A stretch of 63,691 bases of DNA, filler included, from Pelomyxa schiedti (Eukaryota; Protista; Evosea), in assembly GCA_020536535.1 (NCBI GenBank). It is 10 parts of 10 records of this genome, joined end to end, with 100 filler letters (N's around TTAATTAATTAA, not from the genome) between each part and the next. Parts side by side here need not be neighbours in the genome. Positions count along the whole stretch, not along the records: positions 57,069 to 63,691 come from JAHLWZ010001406.1; 9 more parts are not named here. One strand, written 5' to 3'. Made by a program: the position numbers and the translations under genes. The notes beneath the pieces are model-generated. The model searched no databases and was not told where the DNA came from. It saw nothing but the letters and a program-made list of their open reading frames with translations. Positions 61,906-63,691 of the stretch are shown in pieces (the stretch's first letter is position 1; each line of letters starts with the position of its first letter).

Positions 61906-63648
61906 TTAGAAAAAGTAAGCATCCTCAATACTGATTTGTTCTCCCCAACAGCAGCCAATCGAAATAGACATTACAAAAACGGCAGGTCTCCCGCCATAAA
62001 CATCCACTGTGTTGCCATGTGAACGGAACATAAGGCATCCCTTCAACAGAGCAGAAACTTCAGCAACTCCAGGTAACGTAGATAGCCTCCTTGTGAATTC
62101 CTGTGCTGTGGTGTTTCGTGGCGGCGAGTTGAGGTTCCAAACCTCCCAGGCAGTTCTGGGTTTTTTGTGGCAAATTGCAAAGCGTGAACCGCTTATCCAG
62201 GCTGATGACATAGGGTGGTCAGCAACGGCAATTGAGTTGATTGTTCCTTCTTGGCTATCCACTCTCCAGGTGTGCCACTCCGGCCAAACTTGTATGTCTC
62301 CTTCTGCGTCATAATAACTTCTGTTCCGCACAATGTCGATCACGAAAATCCCATTGTAGAGTAACGATGGCAAAAGAAGGGGAGACGAGGAAGGAAATAC
62401 AATACAGCACGTGAAAATAAGCCTCTGACTTGTGAAGGAACTTTTCGTGTCTATTACCATGAGATACTGTTCCTGCGAAACTTCTTCTTCCTCTTCTTCG
62501 TCAGGCTCGCCTATGGGTGAAACACACACAATGATTTGGTTTTGATCGGCGGGGTTGAAGATGGGAAGACTGGAAATTCTGAGTGTCGTCGCCGAGTACC
62601 CCTCACCCAGGCTGAGAAGGATGATTTCCCCTGTGACAGTACAACCAGCCATGGGCTTCAACAGGATCATGAGAGGTTTGTTGTAATCCGTCTCTTTGGA
62701 TACAATTCCAGCCACCCACGCATCACTTACGCACCAGCCATGGCATCTGAAAGATCCCATCTTAGAATGGACTTCTGTTGGCCATATCAGCTTCTCTGAG
62801 GCGGTGGCATGATTTTCCCATAGTTGCCACTGACCCTCTGGTGTGGTTTTATCATACAAGTATGTCCACTGATCAGCCCACGCTCCATCGTGGTGCCGAA
62901 CCTGTAACGTGGGTGTGCCCATGACCCCAAGTGTCTGTGGTGAAACTAAAAAGGAGATCCAAATGCAGTCCTCGGGGTTAGTAGTAAGTGGAGAATTTTC
63001 GGGCCTCAGCATAATCTTAACCAAGAGCTGGGTGGTGACTAGGTGCTCGTGCAGACGACGGATAAACCAGGGGATATGAGGGGCGAGCCATGGTGCACTA
63101 CAACGCTCAAGAAAGCACAATGCCAACAGTTGCTCACGCACCGTGAGTCCCGTCGGAAGAATGACGCAAGAGTCCAGATATTCGGGTGAAACAAGACGGT
63201 ATTCTCCAAATATGTTGTAATATGGATCTTGGTGCTTCTCGTAGGTTTTTTTCGCCATTGCGCACAGACGTTGTGCCATTTCTGCCTCTGTTTTGGCGGT
63301 ATCAGGTGGCAATTGGTGCTGTTGTTGCTGTTGGGGCTGAGGATGCGGATACGGTTGTACCTGTTCCTGCTGTTGGTCATGTTGGAGAGGAGGCGATGGT
63401 GGGACGCCGGGCATGTTGACGTCGGTTTGTATAGCAGCGCCATTACTATCTGCAGTGTTGTTGTCTGTGGGTGCTGCGGGGGCGGCAGCAGAACCAGTAG
63501 CCGCGTCCGGGTCGGCGCCCCCGTTCACAGGACCAATAGGCCGTTCAGCGGTGTTGCGGGGAGAAAGTGGAGCCAGGTGGTGTCCACGGGGCTGTGGGAT
63601 GTGCGGAGGGCGGGGCTGTTGCTGCGGGGTGTGCCTGGGGCGGGGCAT
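61906..63648 (-). CDS. Intronless hypothetical protein of the lineage-expanded family
   Basis: 580-aa ORF with VREQLLAL, ISFLVSPQTLGV and VIDTKSSFTSQRL motifs echoing the 1580 and 28823 proteins. Confidence 0.7.
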   Translation of the reverse strand: MPRPRHTPQQQPRPPHIPQPRGHHLAPLSPRNTAERPIGPVNGGADPDAATGSAAAPAAPTDNNTADSNGAAIQTDVNMPGVPPSPPLQHDQQQEQVQPYPHPQPQQQQQHQLPPDTAKTEAEMAQRLCAMAKKTYEKHQDPYYNIFGEYRLVSPEYLDSCVILPTGLTVREQLLALCFLERCSAPWLAPHIPWFIRRLHEHLVTTQLLVKIMLRPENSPLTTNPEDCIWISFLVSPQTLGVMGTPTLQVRHHDGAWADQWTYLYDKTTPEGQWQLWENHATASEKLIWPTEVHSKMGSFRCHGWCVSDAWVAGIVSKETDYNKPLMILLKPMAGCTVTGEIILLSLGEGYSATTLRISSLPIFNPADQNQIIVCVSPIGEPDEEEEEEVSQEQYLMVIDTKSSFTSQRLIFTCCIVFPSSSPLLLPSLLYNGIFVIDIVRNRSYYDAEGDIQVWPEWHTWRVDSQEGTINSIAVADHPMSSAWISGSRFAICHKKPRTAWEVWNLNSPPRNTTAQEFTRRLSTLPGVAEVSALLKGCLMFRSHGNTVDVYGGRPAVFVMSISIGCCWGEQISIEDAYFF

Positions 63649-63691
63649 CGGCGGCGGTGAGTCGTGTCGGGCTCCTGGAACCCCCTCTCGC

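Overview
Eukaryotic, intron-dense protist DNA with mostly ~45-65 nt GT-AG introns. The gene families and their style suggest an amoebozoan, most likely an archamoeba such as Pelomyxa; this is inference, not a database result. The window is ten contigs/scaffolds concatenated with an artificial N44-TTAATTAATTAA-N44 linker, so adjacency across linkers is meaningless. Recognisable genes include a PQ-loop transporter, PHO80/U-type cyclin (partly duplicated), Vps52, Sel1 and MORN fragments, an ankyrin/coiled-coil/kinase gene, a P2X receptor, an NDT-Nudix fusion, a beta-lactamase-family hydrolase, an ankyrin-RBR E3 ligase, an F-box/LRR protein, a PARP-like protein, Atg17, a Kelch fragment and a Crinkler-like REase-kinase. 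The main finding: what looks like a 100-bp intronic satellite in the ankyrin-kinase gene (21337-23666) parses as 25 micro-exons (24 single codons, one two-codon exon), each framed by AG/GT. They supply the otherwise missing beta-hairpin residues of an ankyrin repeat, which makes this a candidate splicing-based receptor diversification system. Other notable items are an RBR ubiquitin ligase ending in a CBM20 glucan-binding domain, a P2X channel with a spastizin-like C-terminal tail, a bacterial-type NDT-Nudix gene with introns, a candidate structured RNA and several palindromic elements.
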